Source: Escherichia coli (GTDB lineage: Bacteria > Pseudomonadota > Gammaproteobacteria > Enterobacterales > Enterobacteriaceae). From it: a DNA stretch of 15,366 nucleotides. The translations under genes and the position numbers were made by a program. The notes under the pieces are model-generated. The model was not told where the DNA came from and did not search any database. It worked only from the letters and a program-made list of their open reading frames with translations. The DNA is taken from assembly GCF_003334315.1 (NCBI RefSeq), contig NZ_QOWR01000075.1; one strand, written 5' to 3'. Positions 4,561 to 14,565 of the stretch are shown in pieces; position 1 is the first letter of the stretch; each line of letters starts with the position of its first letter.

Positions 4561-4744
4561 CGTGTTGCCTCTGTATTCATATGAAAATTAACAAGTTACA
4601 TACTACACAGGGAGACTACGCATAAAACACAATACAAGTAAAGATACATTTTCAAGACAATAGGAGCCATAAAGCGCCTTTGATGGTTATACCAAAAAAT
4701 AAGCGCCGTAGGCGTATCCACTAAAAAGGGCTTTTTCACAAAAG

Positions 4745-5110
4745 CTATGAAGTCTTAGCAGTTCTTCTCTTATCAGGCACCCGTTGTACTCCGGTGGACG
4801 AAACCGTGCTAGAGCTTGATTCTTTCCCGATCAAGTTAGGTTTTGAAGAGGTGGGCTTTAATCCACTATTGCACTTAAAACTCTTCCCATCATTTAGCCT
4901 GTTTATCCTCTGCAACGTCTCACGACGTGTAGCATCATTGGACACCGCGCCAGGTGTGGAACATCTTGCTAAGAGTTTTGGTAGAAGGTTTAGAGACGGT
5001 GGCACGTCTTCCAGCTTCAAAGGAACTTGTTACGAGGTTGAGCCTGGGAACTACTCGCCCATACGTGTTACACTACCAAAGCCCATAACAACGTATAGGC
5101 GTTTGTAAGT
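4745..5110. ncRNA. candidate structured RNA or decayed gene adjacent to the thrW 3' end
   Basis: GC is close to the core genome, unlike its neighbours. Both strands carry long overlapping open frames (4745..5020 minus, 4794..5108 plus) with non-ATG starts and no SD. Many local hairpins: 4813-4837, GAAGAG/CTCTTC 4845-4886 enclosing GTGG/CCAC, ACGTC-TCAC-GACGT 4915-4928, ACACC/GGTGT 4942-4957, AGACG/CGTCT 4994-5009. On the minus strand, a short GC stem plus T6 at about 4695-4725 could terminate a leftward transcript. Confidence 0.3.
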
Positions 5111-5166
5111 GATAACAGAAGATACAATTTCTTAGAGAAGTTAAGCTAAGTTATTGATTTTCTTGA

Positions 5167-5242
5167 TGGTGCCGATAATAGGAGTCGAACCTACGACCTT
5201 CGCATTACGAATGCGCTGCTCTACCAACTGAGCTATATCGGC
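5167..5242 (-). tRNA. thrW: tRNA-Thr (anticodon CGU)
   Basis: The reverse complement reads GCCGATATAGCTCAGTTGGTAGAGCAGCGCATTCGTAATGCGAAGGTCGTAGGTTCGACTCCTATTATCGGCACCA. It is 76 nt with an encoded CCA, a CGT anticodon in the loop and a GGTTCGA T-arm. Confidence 0.97.
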
Positions 5243-5287
5243 CCTGAAAGGACATGTTCACGAACGTGAATCACGGTGGACAAGGTT

Positions 5288-5351
5288 AAAACTAACCGGG
5301 CGATGCGTCAATGGCCTTGTGAATCAAATGGCTACTTTTGCATCACCCGGT
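5288..5351 (-). terminator. long-loop hairpin plus T-run downstream of proA, overlapping the likely thrW promoter region
   Basis: ACCGGGCGATGC (5295-5306) pairs with GCATCACCCGGT (5340-5351), with one G-U. On the minus strand it is followed by TAGTTTTAA. Confidence 0.35.
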
Positions 5352-5356
5352 TTTAT

Positions 5357-6610
5357 TTACGCACGAATGGTGTAATCACCAATGCCGATCCACTTGTAAG
5401 TGGTCAGTGCTTCCAGCCCCATTGGGCCACGCGCGTGGAGTTTTTGTGTGCTTACCGCCACTTCCGCACCCAGACCAAACTGGCCGCCGTCGGTAAAACG
5501 CGTAGAGGCGTTAACGTAAACAGCGGACGAATCCACTTCGTTAACAAAACGCTGGGCGTTGCGCATATCGCGGGTCAGGATCGCATCGGAGTGTTGTGTG
5601 CCGTGTTCACGAATATGGGCGATGGCATCGTCAAGATCGCTGACGATTTTGACGTTCAAATCTAATGACAGAAACTCATCGTCATACTCTTCGGCTTTAA
5701 CAGCAACCACCTTCGCAGGGCCTGCCTGCAACTGCGCCAGTGCAGCTGCATCTGCGTGTAATGTCACGCCGCTTTCCGCCATTTGTTTGCTTAATGCGGG
5801 CAGGAAGCTATCGGCGATGTTTTTATTCACCAGCAACGTTTCAACCGTATTACATGTGCTCGGACGCTGAGTTTTCGCGTTGACGATCACTTTTAATGCT
5901 TCAGCGATCTCTACACTTTCATCAACGTAAATATGGCATACGCCTATACCACCTGTGATCACCGGGATTGTCGACTGTTCACGGCACAGTTTATGCAAAC
6001 CAGCGCCACCACGCGGGATCAGCATGTCGATGTATTTATCCATACGCAGCATTTCACTGACCAGCGCACGGTCAGGATTATCAATCGCCTGCACGGCACC
6101 CGCCGGTAAGCCACAGGATTTCAGGGCGTCCTGAATCACCGCCACCGTTGCCGCGTTAGTGCGACAGGTTTCTTTGCCACCACGCAGGATCACCGCATTA
6201 CCGGTTTTCAGGCACAGCGAAGCGACATCAACCGTCACGTTCGGGCGCGCTTCATAAATCACGCCAATAACCCCCAGCGGTACGCGACGACGCTCAAGAC
6301 GCAGGCCGCTGTCCAGTACGCCGCCATCGATTACCTGCCCCACCGGATCGGCGAGGTTACACACCTGGCGTACATCGTCGGCAATGCCTTTCAGCCGTGC
6401 GGGCGTCAGTGCCAGACGGTCAAGCATCGCTTCGCTAAGGCCATTGGCTCGCGCGTCAGCAACATCCTGGGCGTTAGCGTTGAGGATGATTTCGCTTTGT
6501 GCTTCCAGTTCATCGGCGATTTTTTCCAGCACGCGATTTTTTTCGCGGCTGGAGAGTTGCGCTAATTTATACGAGGCTTGCTTCGCGGCAATGCCCATTT
6601 GTTCCAGCAT
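5357..6610 (-). CDS. proA: gamma-glutamyl phosphate reductase
   Basis: 417 aa; sequence recognised as E. coli ProA ([21 protein letters not shown]...). It follows proB with an 11 nt gap. Confidence 0.97.
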
Positions 6611-6621
6611 CAGCCTGCTCC

Positions 6622-7725
6622 TTAACGGGTAATCATGTCATCACGGTGAACGGCAACCGGGCCGTATTCATATCCCAGTATTGCATCAATTTCTTGCGAG
6701 TGGTGTCCGGCAATACGGCGTAATGCATCGCTGTTGTAACGACTGACACCGTGGGCGATATCGCGACCTTCGAGGTTGCAAATGCGGATGACTTCACCAC
6801 GCGAGAAATTGCCAGTCACGCTTTTAATGCCTTTCGGCAACAGGGAGCTGCCGCGTTCAAGAATGGCGGCAGTTGCCCCTTCATCTACCGTGATTTCACC
6901 CGCCGGCGGCGCACCGAAAATCCAGCGTTTACGGTTTTCAAGCGGAGTCGCCTGGGCATGGAACAGCGTACCGACGGAAATGCCTTCCATCACATCACCA
7001 ATAACGCCCGGCTTGCTGCCCGCGGCAATAATGGTGTCGATACCCGCACGGCAAGCCACGTCAGCGGCCTGCAATTTGGTACTCATGCCGCCAGTTCCGA
7101 GGCCTGAAACGCTGTCACCGGCAATCGCGCGCAGTGCGTCATCAATGCCGTAAACATCTTTAATCAGTTCTGCCTGCGGATTGCTGCGCGGGTCAGCGGT
7201 ATACAAACCTTTTTGATCGGTCAGCAGCAACAGTTTATCGGCACCCGCAAGAATCGCCGCCAGCGCAGAAAGGTTATCGTTATCGCCGACCTTAATCTCT
7301 GCCGTAGCGACAGCATCGTTCTCATTGATTACCGGAACGATATTGTTATCGAGCAACGCTCGCAGGGTGTCGCGGGCGTTCAGGAAGCGTTCACGGTCTT
7401 CCATATCAGCACGGGTCAGCAGCATTTGCCCGACGTGAATGCCATAAATCGAAAACAGCTGTTCCCACAGTTGAATCAGTCGACTCTGCCCTACCGCCGC
7501 CAGCAATTGTTTCGAGGCGATAGTCGCTGGCAGTTCCGGGTAACCCAGGTGCTCACGTCCGGCGGCAATCGCGCCCGACGTCACAATAACAATCCGATGC
7601 CCGGCGGCATGTAACTGCGCGCACTGGCGAACAAGTTCAACGATATGGGCACGGTTCAGACGGCGCGATCCGCCTGTTAGCACACTGGTGCCGAGTTTTA
7701 CCACCAGCGTCTGGCTGTCACTCAT
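6622..7725 (-). CDS. proB: glutamate 5-kinase
   Basis: 367 aa from [16 protein letters not shown] (ATG at 7723-7725). The ORF-track start at 7812 adds 29 non-native residues. Confidence 0.96.
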
Positions 7726-7913
7726 GATTCTCTGCCATTCAATTTTAGGAAAAATGATATCAAACGAACGTTTTAGCAGGACTGTCGTCGGTTGCCAACC
7801 ATCTGCGAGCAAAGCATGGCGTTTTGTTGCGCGGGATCAGCAAGCCTAGCGGCAGTTGTTTACGCTTTTATTACAGATTTAATAAATTACCACATTTTAA
7901 GAATATTATTAAT

Positions 7914-7947
7914 CTGTAATATATCTTTAACAATCTCAGGTTAAAAA
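7914..7947 (+). promoter_or_regulatory. phoE Pho box and -10 element
   Basis: CTGTAATATATCTTTAAC (7914-7931) fits the PhoB-box consensus CTGTCATA(A/T)A(T/A)CTGTCA(C/T). It is followed by a 10 nt spacer and TAAAAA (7942-7947), the same geometry as other Pho-regulon promoters. Confidence 0.6.
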
Positions 7948-8012
7948 CTTTCCTGTTTTCAACGGGACTCTCCCGCTGAATATTCGCGCGTTAATTAAAA
8001 TCAGGAATGAAA

Positions 8013-9068
8013 ATGAAAAAGAGCACTCTGGCATTAGTGGTGATGGGCATTGTGGCATCTGCATCCGTACAGGCCGCAGAAATATATAACAAAGACAGTA
8101 ATAAACTGGATGTCTATGGCAAAGTTAAAGCCATGCATTATATGAGTGATAACGACAGTAAAGATGGCGACCAGAGTTATATCCGTTTTGGTTTTAAAGG
8201 CGAAACACAAATTAACGATCAACTGACTGGTTATGGTCGTTGGGAAGCAGAGTTTGCCGGTAATAAAGCAGAGAGTGATACTGCACAGCAAAAAACGCGT
8301 CTCGCTTTTGCCGGGTTGAAATATAAAGATTTGGGTTCTTTCGATTATGGTCGTAACCTGGGCGCGTTGTATGACGTGGAAGCCTGGACCGATATGTTCC
8401 CGGAATTTGGTGGCGACTCCTCGGCGCAGACCGACAACTTTATGACCAAACGCGCCAGCGGTCTGGCGACGTATCGGAACACCGACTTCTTCGGCGTTAT
8501 CGATGGCCTGAACTTAACCCTGCAATATCAAGGGAAAAACGAAAACCGCGACGTTAAAAAGCAAAACGGCGATGGCTTCGGTACGTCATTGACATATGAC
8601 TTTGGCGGCAGCGATTTCGCCATTAGTGGGGCCTATACCAACTCAGATCGCACCAACGAGCAGAACCTGCAAAGCCGTGGCACAGGCAAGCGTGCAGAAG
8701 CATGGGCAACAGGTCTGAAATACGATGCCAATAATATTTATCTGGCAACTTTCTATTCTGAAACACGCAAAATGACGCCAATAACTGGCGGCTTTGCCAA
8801 TAAGACACAGAACTTTGAAGCGGTCGCTCAATACCAGTTTGACTTTGGTCTGCGTCCATCGCTGGGTTATGTCTTATCGAAAGGGAAAGATATTGAAGGT
8901 ATCGGTGATGAAGATCTGGTCAATTATATCGACGTCGGTGCTACGTATTATTTCAACAAAAATATGTCAGCGTTTGTTGATTATAAAATCAACCAACTGG
9001 ATAGCGATAACAAATTGAATATTAATAATGATGATATTGTCGCGGTTGGCATGACCTATCAGTTTTAA
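8013..9068 (+). CDS. phoE: phosphate-starvation-inducible anion porin PhoE
   Basis: 351 aa from [21 protein letters not shown] (signal peptide), ending in the typical porin C-terminal F. The frame also opens at 8007 (MKMKK). Confidence 0.96.
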   Translation: MKKSTLALVVMGIVASASVQAAEIYNKDSNKLDVYGKVKAMHYMSDNDSKDGDQSYIRFGFKGETQINDQLTGYGRWEAEFAGNKAESDTAQQKTRLAFAGLKYKDLGSFDYGRNLGALYDVEAWTDMFPEFGGDSSAQTDNFMTKRASGLATYRNTDFFGVIDGLNLTLQYQGKNENRDVKKQNGDGFGTSLTYDFGGSDFAISGAYTNSDRTNEQNLQSRGTGKRAEAWATGLKYDANNIYLATFYSETRKMTPITGGFANKTQNFEAVAQYQFDFGLRPSLGYVLSKGKDIEGIGDEDLVNYIDVGATYYFNKNMSAFVDYKINQLDSDNKLNINNDDIVAVGMTYQF

Positions 9069-9075
9069 TGGATAA

Positions 9076-9098
9076 TGCCGGATGTGATGCATCCGGCA
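9076..9098. terminator. bidirectional hairpin between the convergent phoE and crl genes
   Basis: TGCCGGATG-TGATG-CATCCGGCA, a perfect 9 bp stem. Confidence 0.6.
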
Positions 9099-9106
9099 CA
9101 TTTCAC

Positions 9107-9565
<459 letters not shown>

Positions 9566-10810
9566 TTAACACAATCGTTTTTCGATCCAGTCGGTGATTT
9601 CCTGAAGACCTTTGTCAAAATTCCGATACACCGGGTTAAATGGGATCTCTAATAATTTACCGTCAGCAGATGATGAGGTGATTAAGCGTGAGTCCTCTTC
9701 CGGGCTGAACGGATCGTTCTTCCAGTAGCCTGATAACATTGGCGTTGGGCAGCGACGTCCCAGCAATCCTTGCACTTTTAATGAATAACGATTCAGCTCC
9801 ACGCGTAACGCTTCGTCGGAAGCATCATGCATCCCCAAACGACTGGCCAGAACGTCAAGATACATTTCCGGCACCTGTTGCTGGCACTTAAAATCACTCA
9901 ACAGGGTATGAACTACCGGACCAAGACAGGCAACCGCTTTCAGACGCGGCGATTCAAGGTATGCCAGACGCACGGCAACGTTAGCGCCGAAACGGAAACC
10001 AAAGGCCGCGACGCGAGTGTGATCCACCCACGGTACGTTAGGCAGCGCCTTTAAGACGTGCTGATGCAACAGGCTGGAGTCCTGGGTGAGCTTCCATTTT
10101 GAAGAAAAGCCCACCGACGGCATATCAATAGTCAGCATCGCAATGCCGCGCGGCGCAAAATAACGTTCGTACAGGCTGTAATAGTCCGTCTGCATCGCAT
10201 CCAGACCACCACACATTAATACTGTCGGGAACGGGCCATCGCCTTTCGGCATATGCAAAAAGCCGGTGATGGGCGCACCGCCGGGTACGGTAAACTCCAT
10301 CTGCCGCATCGTGCCCGGTAGACGCTGAGCGGCCTCTTCATAGGCGCGGTTTGACAAAGCCTGCGCTTGCTCGGCCAGGTCATCTCCTTTCAGATGAGGA
10401 TAGGCGGCAATGTTGTACAACGTAGCCGCATGCAGCCAGTGACGACCACTGAGTTGCGGATCTTCTTCCGCACAGGCTTTTTGTTGCCACACCATCGCCT
10501 GGGTGGCCCACTCATAAATCCAGTTGCCGCCACGGTAGCCAATCACCGTATCGTATAAATCATCGTCGGTACGTTCGGCATCGCTCATCACAATACGTGC
10601 CTGGACGTCGAGGATTTCGCGTGGGTCAATGCCGCGCCAGATCCACATCAGACGGTTAATCATGCGATACCAGTGAGGGATGGTTTTACCATCAAGGGCC
10701 GACTGCACAGGCGGTTGTGCGCCGTGATTAAAGCGGCGGACTAGCGTCGAGGTTTCAGGATGTTTAAAGCGGGGTTTGAACAGGGTTTCGCTCAGGTTTG
10801 CCTGTGTCAT
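9566..10810 (-). CDS. frsA: fermentation/respiration switch protein (esterase) FrsA
   Basis: 414 aa, [27 protein letters not shown]..., recognised as FrsA. Confidence 0.96.
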
Positions 10811-10860
10811 GGATGCAGCCTCCAGAATACTTACTGGAAACTATTGTAACCCGCCTGAAG

Positions 10861-10895
10861 TTAAAAAGAACAACGCCCGGCAGTGCCAGGCGTTG
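10861..10895 (-). terminator. rho-independent terminator after gpt
   Basis: The minus strand reads CAACGCC-TGGCACTGCCG-GGCGTTG followed by TTCTTTTTAA. Confidence 0.65.
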
Positions 10896-10901
10896 AAAAG
10901 A

Positions 10902-11360
10902 TTAGCGACCGGAGATTGGCGGGACGAATACGACGCCCATATCCCACGGCTGTTCAATCCAGGTATCTTGCGGGATATCAACAACATAGTCATCAACCAG
11001 CGGACGACCAGCCGGTTTTGCGAAGATGGTGACAAAGTGCGCTTTTGGATACATTTCACGAATCGCAACCGCAGTACCACCGGTATCCACCAGGTCATCA
11101 ATAACGATGAAGCCTTCGCCATCGCCTTCTGCGCGTTTCAGCACTTTAAGCTCGCGCTGGTTGTCGTGATCGTAGCTGGAAATACAAACGGTATCGACAT
11201 GACGAATACCCAGTTCACGCGCCAGTAACGCACCCGGTACCAGACCGCCACGGCTTACGGCAATAATGCCTTTCCATTGTTCAGAAGGCATCAGTCGGCT
11301 TGCGAGTTTACGTGCATGGATCTGCAACATGTCCCAGGTGACGATGTATTTTTCGCTCAT
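10902..11360 (-). CDS. gpt: xanthine-guanine phosphoribosyltransferase
   Basis: 152 aa, [23 protein letters not shown]..., recognised as Gpt. Confidence 0.97.
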
Positions 11361-11620
11361 GTGAAGTGTCCCAGCCTGTTTATCTACGGCTTAAAAAGTG
11401 TTCGAGGGGAAAATAGGTTGCGCGAGATTATAGAGATCTGGCGCACTAAAAACCAGTATTTCACATGAGTCCGCGTCTTTTTACGCACTGCCTCTCCCTG
11501 ACGCGGGATAAAGTGGTATTCTCAAACATATCTCGCAAGCCTGTCTTGTGTTGACAACATTTTCTGCTAACCCTGTGACCTGCAATACTGTTTTGCGGGT
11601 GATCGACAAGGAGACTTAAC

Positions 11621-13078
11621 GTGTCTGAACTGTCTCAATTATCTCCACAGCCGCTGTGGGATATTTTTGCCAAAATCTGTTCTATTCCTCACCCGTCCTA
11701 TCATGAAGAGCAACTCGCTGAATACATTGTTGGTTGGGCAAAAGAGAAAGGTTTCCATGTCGAACGCGATCAGGTAGGTAATATCCTGATTCGTAAACCT
11801 GCCACCGCAGGTATGGAAAATCGTAAACCGGTCGTCTTGCAGGCCCACCTCGATATGGTGCCGCAGAAAAATAACGACACCGTGCATGACTTCACGAAAG
11901 ATCCTATCCAGCCTTATATTGATGGCGAATGGGTTAAAGCGCGCGGCACCACGCTGGGTGCAGATAACGGCATTGGTATGGCGTCTGCGCTGGCGGTTCT
12001 GGCTGACGAAAACGTGGTTCACGGCCCGCTGGAAGTGCTGCTGACCATGACCGAAGAAGCCGGTATGGACGGTGCGTTCGGCTTACAGAGCAACTGGTTG
12101 CAGGCTGATATTCTGATTAACACCGACTCCGAAGAAGAAGGTGAAATCTACATGGGTTGCGCGGGGGGTATCGACTTCACCTCCAACCTGCATTTGGATC
12201 GTGAAGCGGTTCCAGCTGGCTTTGAAACCTTCAAGTTAACCTTAAAAGGTCTAAAAGGCGGTCACTCCGGCGGTGAAATCCACGTTGGCCTGGGTAATGC
12301 CAACAAACTGCTGGTGCGCTTCCTGGCGGGTCATGCGGAAGAGCTGGACCTGCGCCTTATCGATTTCAACGGTGGCACACTGCGTAACGCCATCCCGCGT
12401 GAAGCCTTTGCGACCATTGCTGTCGCAGCTGATAAAGTCGACGCCCTGAAATCTCTGGTGAATACCTATCAGGACATCCTGAAAAACGAGCTGGCAGAGA
12501 AAGAGAAGAATCTGGCCTTGTTGCTGGACTCTGTAGCGAACGATAAAGCTGCTCTGATTGCGAAATCTCGCGATACCTTTATTCGTCTGCTGAACGCCAC
12601 CCCGAACGGTGTGATCCGCAATTCCGACGTGGCAAAAGGTGTGGTCGAAACCTCCCTGAACGTCGGTGTGGTGACCATGACTGACAATAACGTAGAAATT
12701 CACTGCCTGATCCGTTCACTGATCGACAGCGGTAAAGACTACGTGGTGAGCATGCTGGATTCGCTGGGTAAACTGGCTGGCGCGAAAACCGAAGCGAAAG
12801 GCGCATATCCTGGCTGGCAGCCGGACGCTAATTCTCCGGTGATGCATCTGGTACGTGAAACCTATCAGCGCCTGTTCAACAAGACGCCGAACATCCAGAT
12901 TATCCACGCGGGCCTGGAATGTGGTCTGTTTAAAAAACCGTATCCGGAAATGGACATGGTTTCTATCGGGCCAACTATCACCGGTCCACACTCTCCGGAT
13001 GAGCAAGTTCACATCAAAAGCGTAGGTCATTACTGGACACTGCTGACTGAACTGCTGAAAGAAATTCCGGCGAAGTAA
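11621..13078 (+). CDS. pepD: aminoacyl-histidine dipeptidase (peptidase D)
   Basis: 485 aa with a GTG start preceded by AAGGAG. MSELSQLSPQPLWDIFAKICSIPHPSYHEE... recognised as PepD. Confidence 0.97.
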   Translation: MSELSQLSPQPLWDIFAKICSIPHPSYHEEQLAEYIVGWAKEKGFHVERDQVGNILIRKPATAGMENRKPVVLQAHLDMVPQKNNDTVHDFTKDPIQPYIDGEWVKARGTTLGADNGIGMASALAVLADENVVHGPLEVLLTMTEEAGMDGAFGLQSNWLQADILINTDSEEEGEIYMGCAGGIDFTSNLHLDREAVPAGFETFKLTLKGLKGGHSGGEIHVGLGNANKLLVRFLAGHAEELDLRLIDFNGGTLRNAIPREAFATIAVAADKVDALKSLVNTYQDILKNELAEKEKNLALLLDSVANDKAALIAKSRDTFIRLLNATPNGVIRNSDVAKGVVETSLNVGVVTMTDNNVEIHCLIRSLIDSGKDYVVSMLDSLGKLAGAKTEAKGAYPGWQPDANSPVMHLVRETYQRLFNKTPNIQIIHAGLECGLFKKPYPEMDMVSIGPTITGPHSPDEQVHIKSVGHYWTLLTELLKEIPAK

Positions 13079-13090
13079 TTATTTGATTTG

Positions 13091-13122
13091 CTGCCGGATG
13101 GCGTTTAATCGCCTTCCGGCAG
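13091..13122. terminator. bidirectional hairpin between the convergent pepD and prfH genes
   Basis: CTGCCGGATGGCG-TTTAAT-CGCCTTCCGGCAG, a 13 bp stem with one mismatch. Confidence 0.55.
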
Positions 13123-13134
13123 TTTCATCCTTCA

Positions 13135-13659
13135 TTATCCTTCGATAAAAGCCATCCCTGTAAATGTCCGTCGCGGGTTGCCACGTTCAATCTGGTGATG
13201 GAACATTCGCCGCTGCGATTTCAGCGCCGCGCTATTTTCCTGTTGCTGCTGCTCCAGCTTCCAGGCAATCAGCAATCGCGCCAGCCGTTTGTTAGCATGC
13301 TGGCTGCGCTCTGACTGAACCTTCACGCTAATACCGGATGCCAGATGCGTGGCGCGTACCGCCGAGTCGGTTTTATTGACATGTTGACCGCCCGGCCCCG
13401 ACGAACGCAGCGTCTCATAACGGATTGCATCCGATTGTTCCTTCTCATCAGCGGTAAAACGCCCAATGCCCAGAAACCAGTTTTTGCGCCCATGATGAGG
13501 CCGATACGGACTCGGACAAATCCACTGAATAGTGCCACACCAGCTTTCGCTTAATGCCCATGCGTTATCGCCATCCAGAGAAACCAGCGCCGAACGCAGC
13601 GTGTCAGAGTAGCGGCCCGTTTCTGTTTCCAGCACCGTTACAGCGACGTCTTGTCGGGT
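13135..13659 (-). pseudogene. prfH: 5'-truncated peptide chain release factor homolog PrfH
   Basis: From ..[19 protein letters not shown].. to ..[17 protein letters not shown] the sequence matches PrfH, including the GGQ motif. The first 11 residues of the track ORF ([11 protein letters not shown]) come from out-of-frame upstream DNA, and the native N-terminus is missing. Confidence 0.85.
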
Positions 13660-13858
13660 AAAAACGACCAACAGAGAAGAACGCTGCGCCAATCGGGTAG
13701 CCGCGTCCGGGGTGTAAATCTGGCATCCCCACTACGCGCTGCATGTTGGGTAAATTTGCCGTGGTGTGTAATTGTTGGATCGCTAAACTCTCGATCCACA
13801 GGTCATCAGATGCGATGGTAAATACCGCATCGGATAAGGGACGAATATATTTGCCCAT
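13655..13858 (-). pseudogene. ykfJ: N-terminal fragment (about 68 codons) of an RtcB-family RNA ligase fused out of frame to prfH
   Basis: [68 protein letters not shown] carries the RtcB MPDxH motif. It then runs into [16 protein letters not shown], which is prfH read out of frame. The junction is at about 13655-13662. Confidence 0.8.
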
Positions 13859-14103
13859 GTACCATTCCATTTATACTCGTCATACTTCAAGTTGCATGTA
13901 CTGCGACTCGAATTATTTAGAGTATATAAATATAAAAATCAGGAAATGGCAGACGAATCCAGGGCAAGAAAAAAAGAATTAATCCTGGAAAGGTCTGCAA
14001 AGAGTCATTGATAAAGGATTTGTCATGATTTACCTCCTTGCAGTTTGTGGAATAAGAAAACGCGCACATACCAGGCGGGCGTTATTTTCATTGCAAGCTG
14101 GAT

Positions 14104-14556
14104 TTAATATTGCGGTTTATATCGCATATAAAAATTAGTAAACCACGTTCCCCGGCATTCAACGCGCTGCTGCTTAACTGTCTGAAAACCATAACGTTCA
14201 AAAAAGGGTTTTGCGGTTATGCTGGCGTCCACCGTAAGTTCGGATTCAGACTTAATCAAAGGTTTTAACAAAGCGCAGGCAACCCCGCGGCGGGTGTATT
14301 CAGGGTCAACAAATAACATATCGATATAACGTTCAACGCAGGTAATAAAACCAACCGGTTGTGCATTAATGACGGCAACCCGCACTTGTGATTTCGCGAG
14401 TTTCTCCTTCCAGCGAGATTCGTCAATCTGCGCCCAGGCGGCAATTTGTTGTGGTGAATAATGCTGACTGGAGATCATCGTAACCGCTCTAATGAAAATA
14501 GCGCATAGTTGCTGAAAATCGCCAGGCTGATAGTCTCTTATTTGTATGTTATTCAT
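14104..14556 (-). CDS. yafP: GNAT-family N-acetyltransferase YafP
   Basis: 150 aa, MNNIQIRDYQPGDFQQLCAIFIRAV..., recognised as YafP. Confidence 0.93.
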   Translation of the reverse strand: MNNIQIRDYQPGDFQQLCAIFIRAVTMISSQHYSPQQIAAWAQIDESRWKEKLAKSQVRVAVINAQPVGFITCVERYIDMLFVDPEYTRRGVACALLKPLIKSESELTVDASITAKPFFERYGFQTVKQQRVECRGTWFTNFYMRYKPQY

Positions 14557-14565
14557 AATATAAAT

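Noticed and set aside
4745-5108. The 91 aa (minus) and 104 aa (plus) ORFs as real proteins
   Set aside because: They overlap each other almost completely on opposite strands, start at TTG/GTG without an SD, and have non-protein-like sequences. I kept the region only as an ncRNA/relic candidate.
1-5166. DnaA boxes that would mark a DnaA-dependent origin
   Set aside because: I found only 7/9 matches to TTATCCACA (for example near 1650, 4715, 4859 and 4955). This is not above chance for 5 kb, and none lies within the iteron core.
7726-7812. N-terminal extension of proB (track start 7812) and the MKM start of phoE at 8007
   Set aside because: The known ProB begins MSDSQTLVV (7725) and the known PhoE signal peptide begins [10 protein letters not shown] (8013). 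The extensions add non-native residues.
11361-11620. Specific promoter calls for gpt, pepD, frsA and crl
   Set aside because: A TTGACA is present at 11551-11556, but the best -10 at 17 bp is poor (TGTGAC). The other intergenic regions gave only weak hexamer matches. I cannot support exact promoter coordinates from sequence alone.
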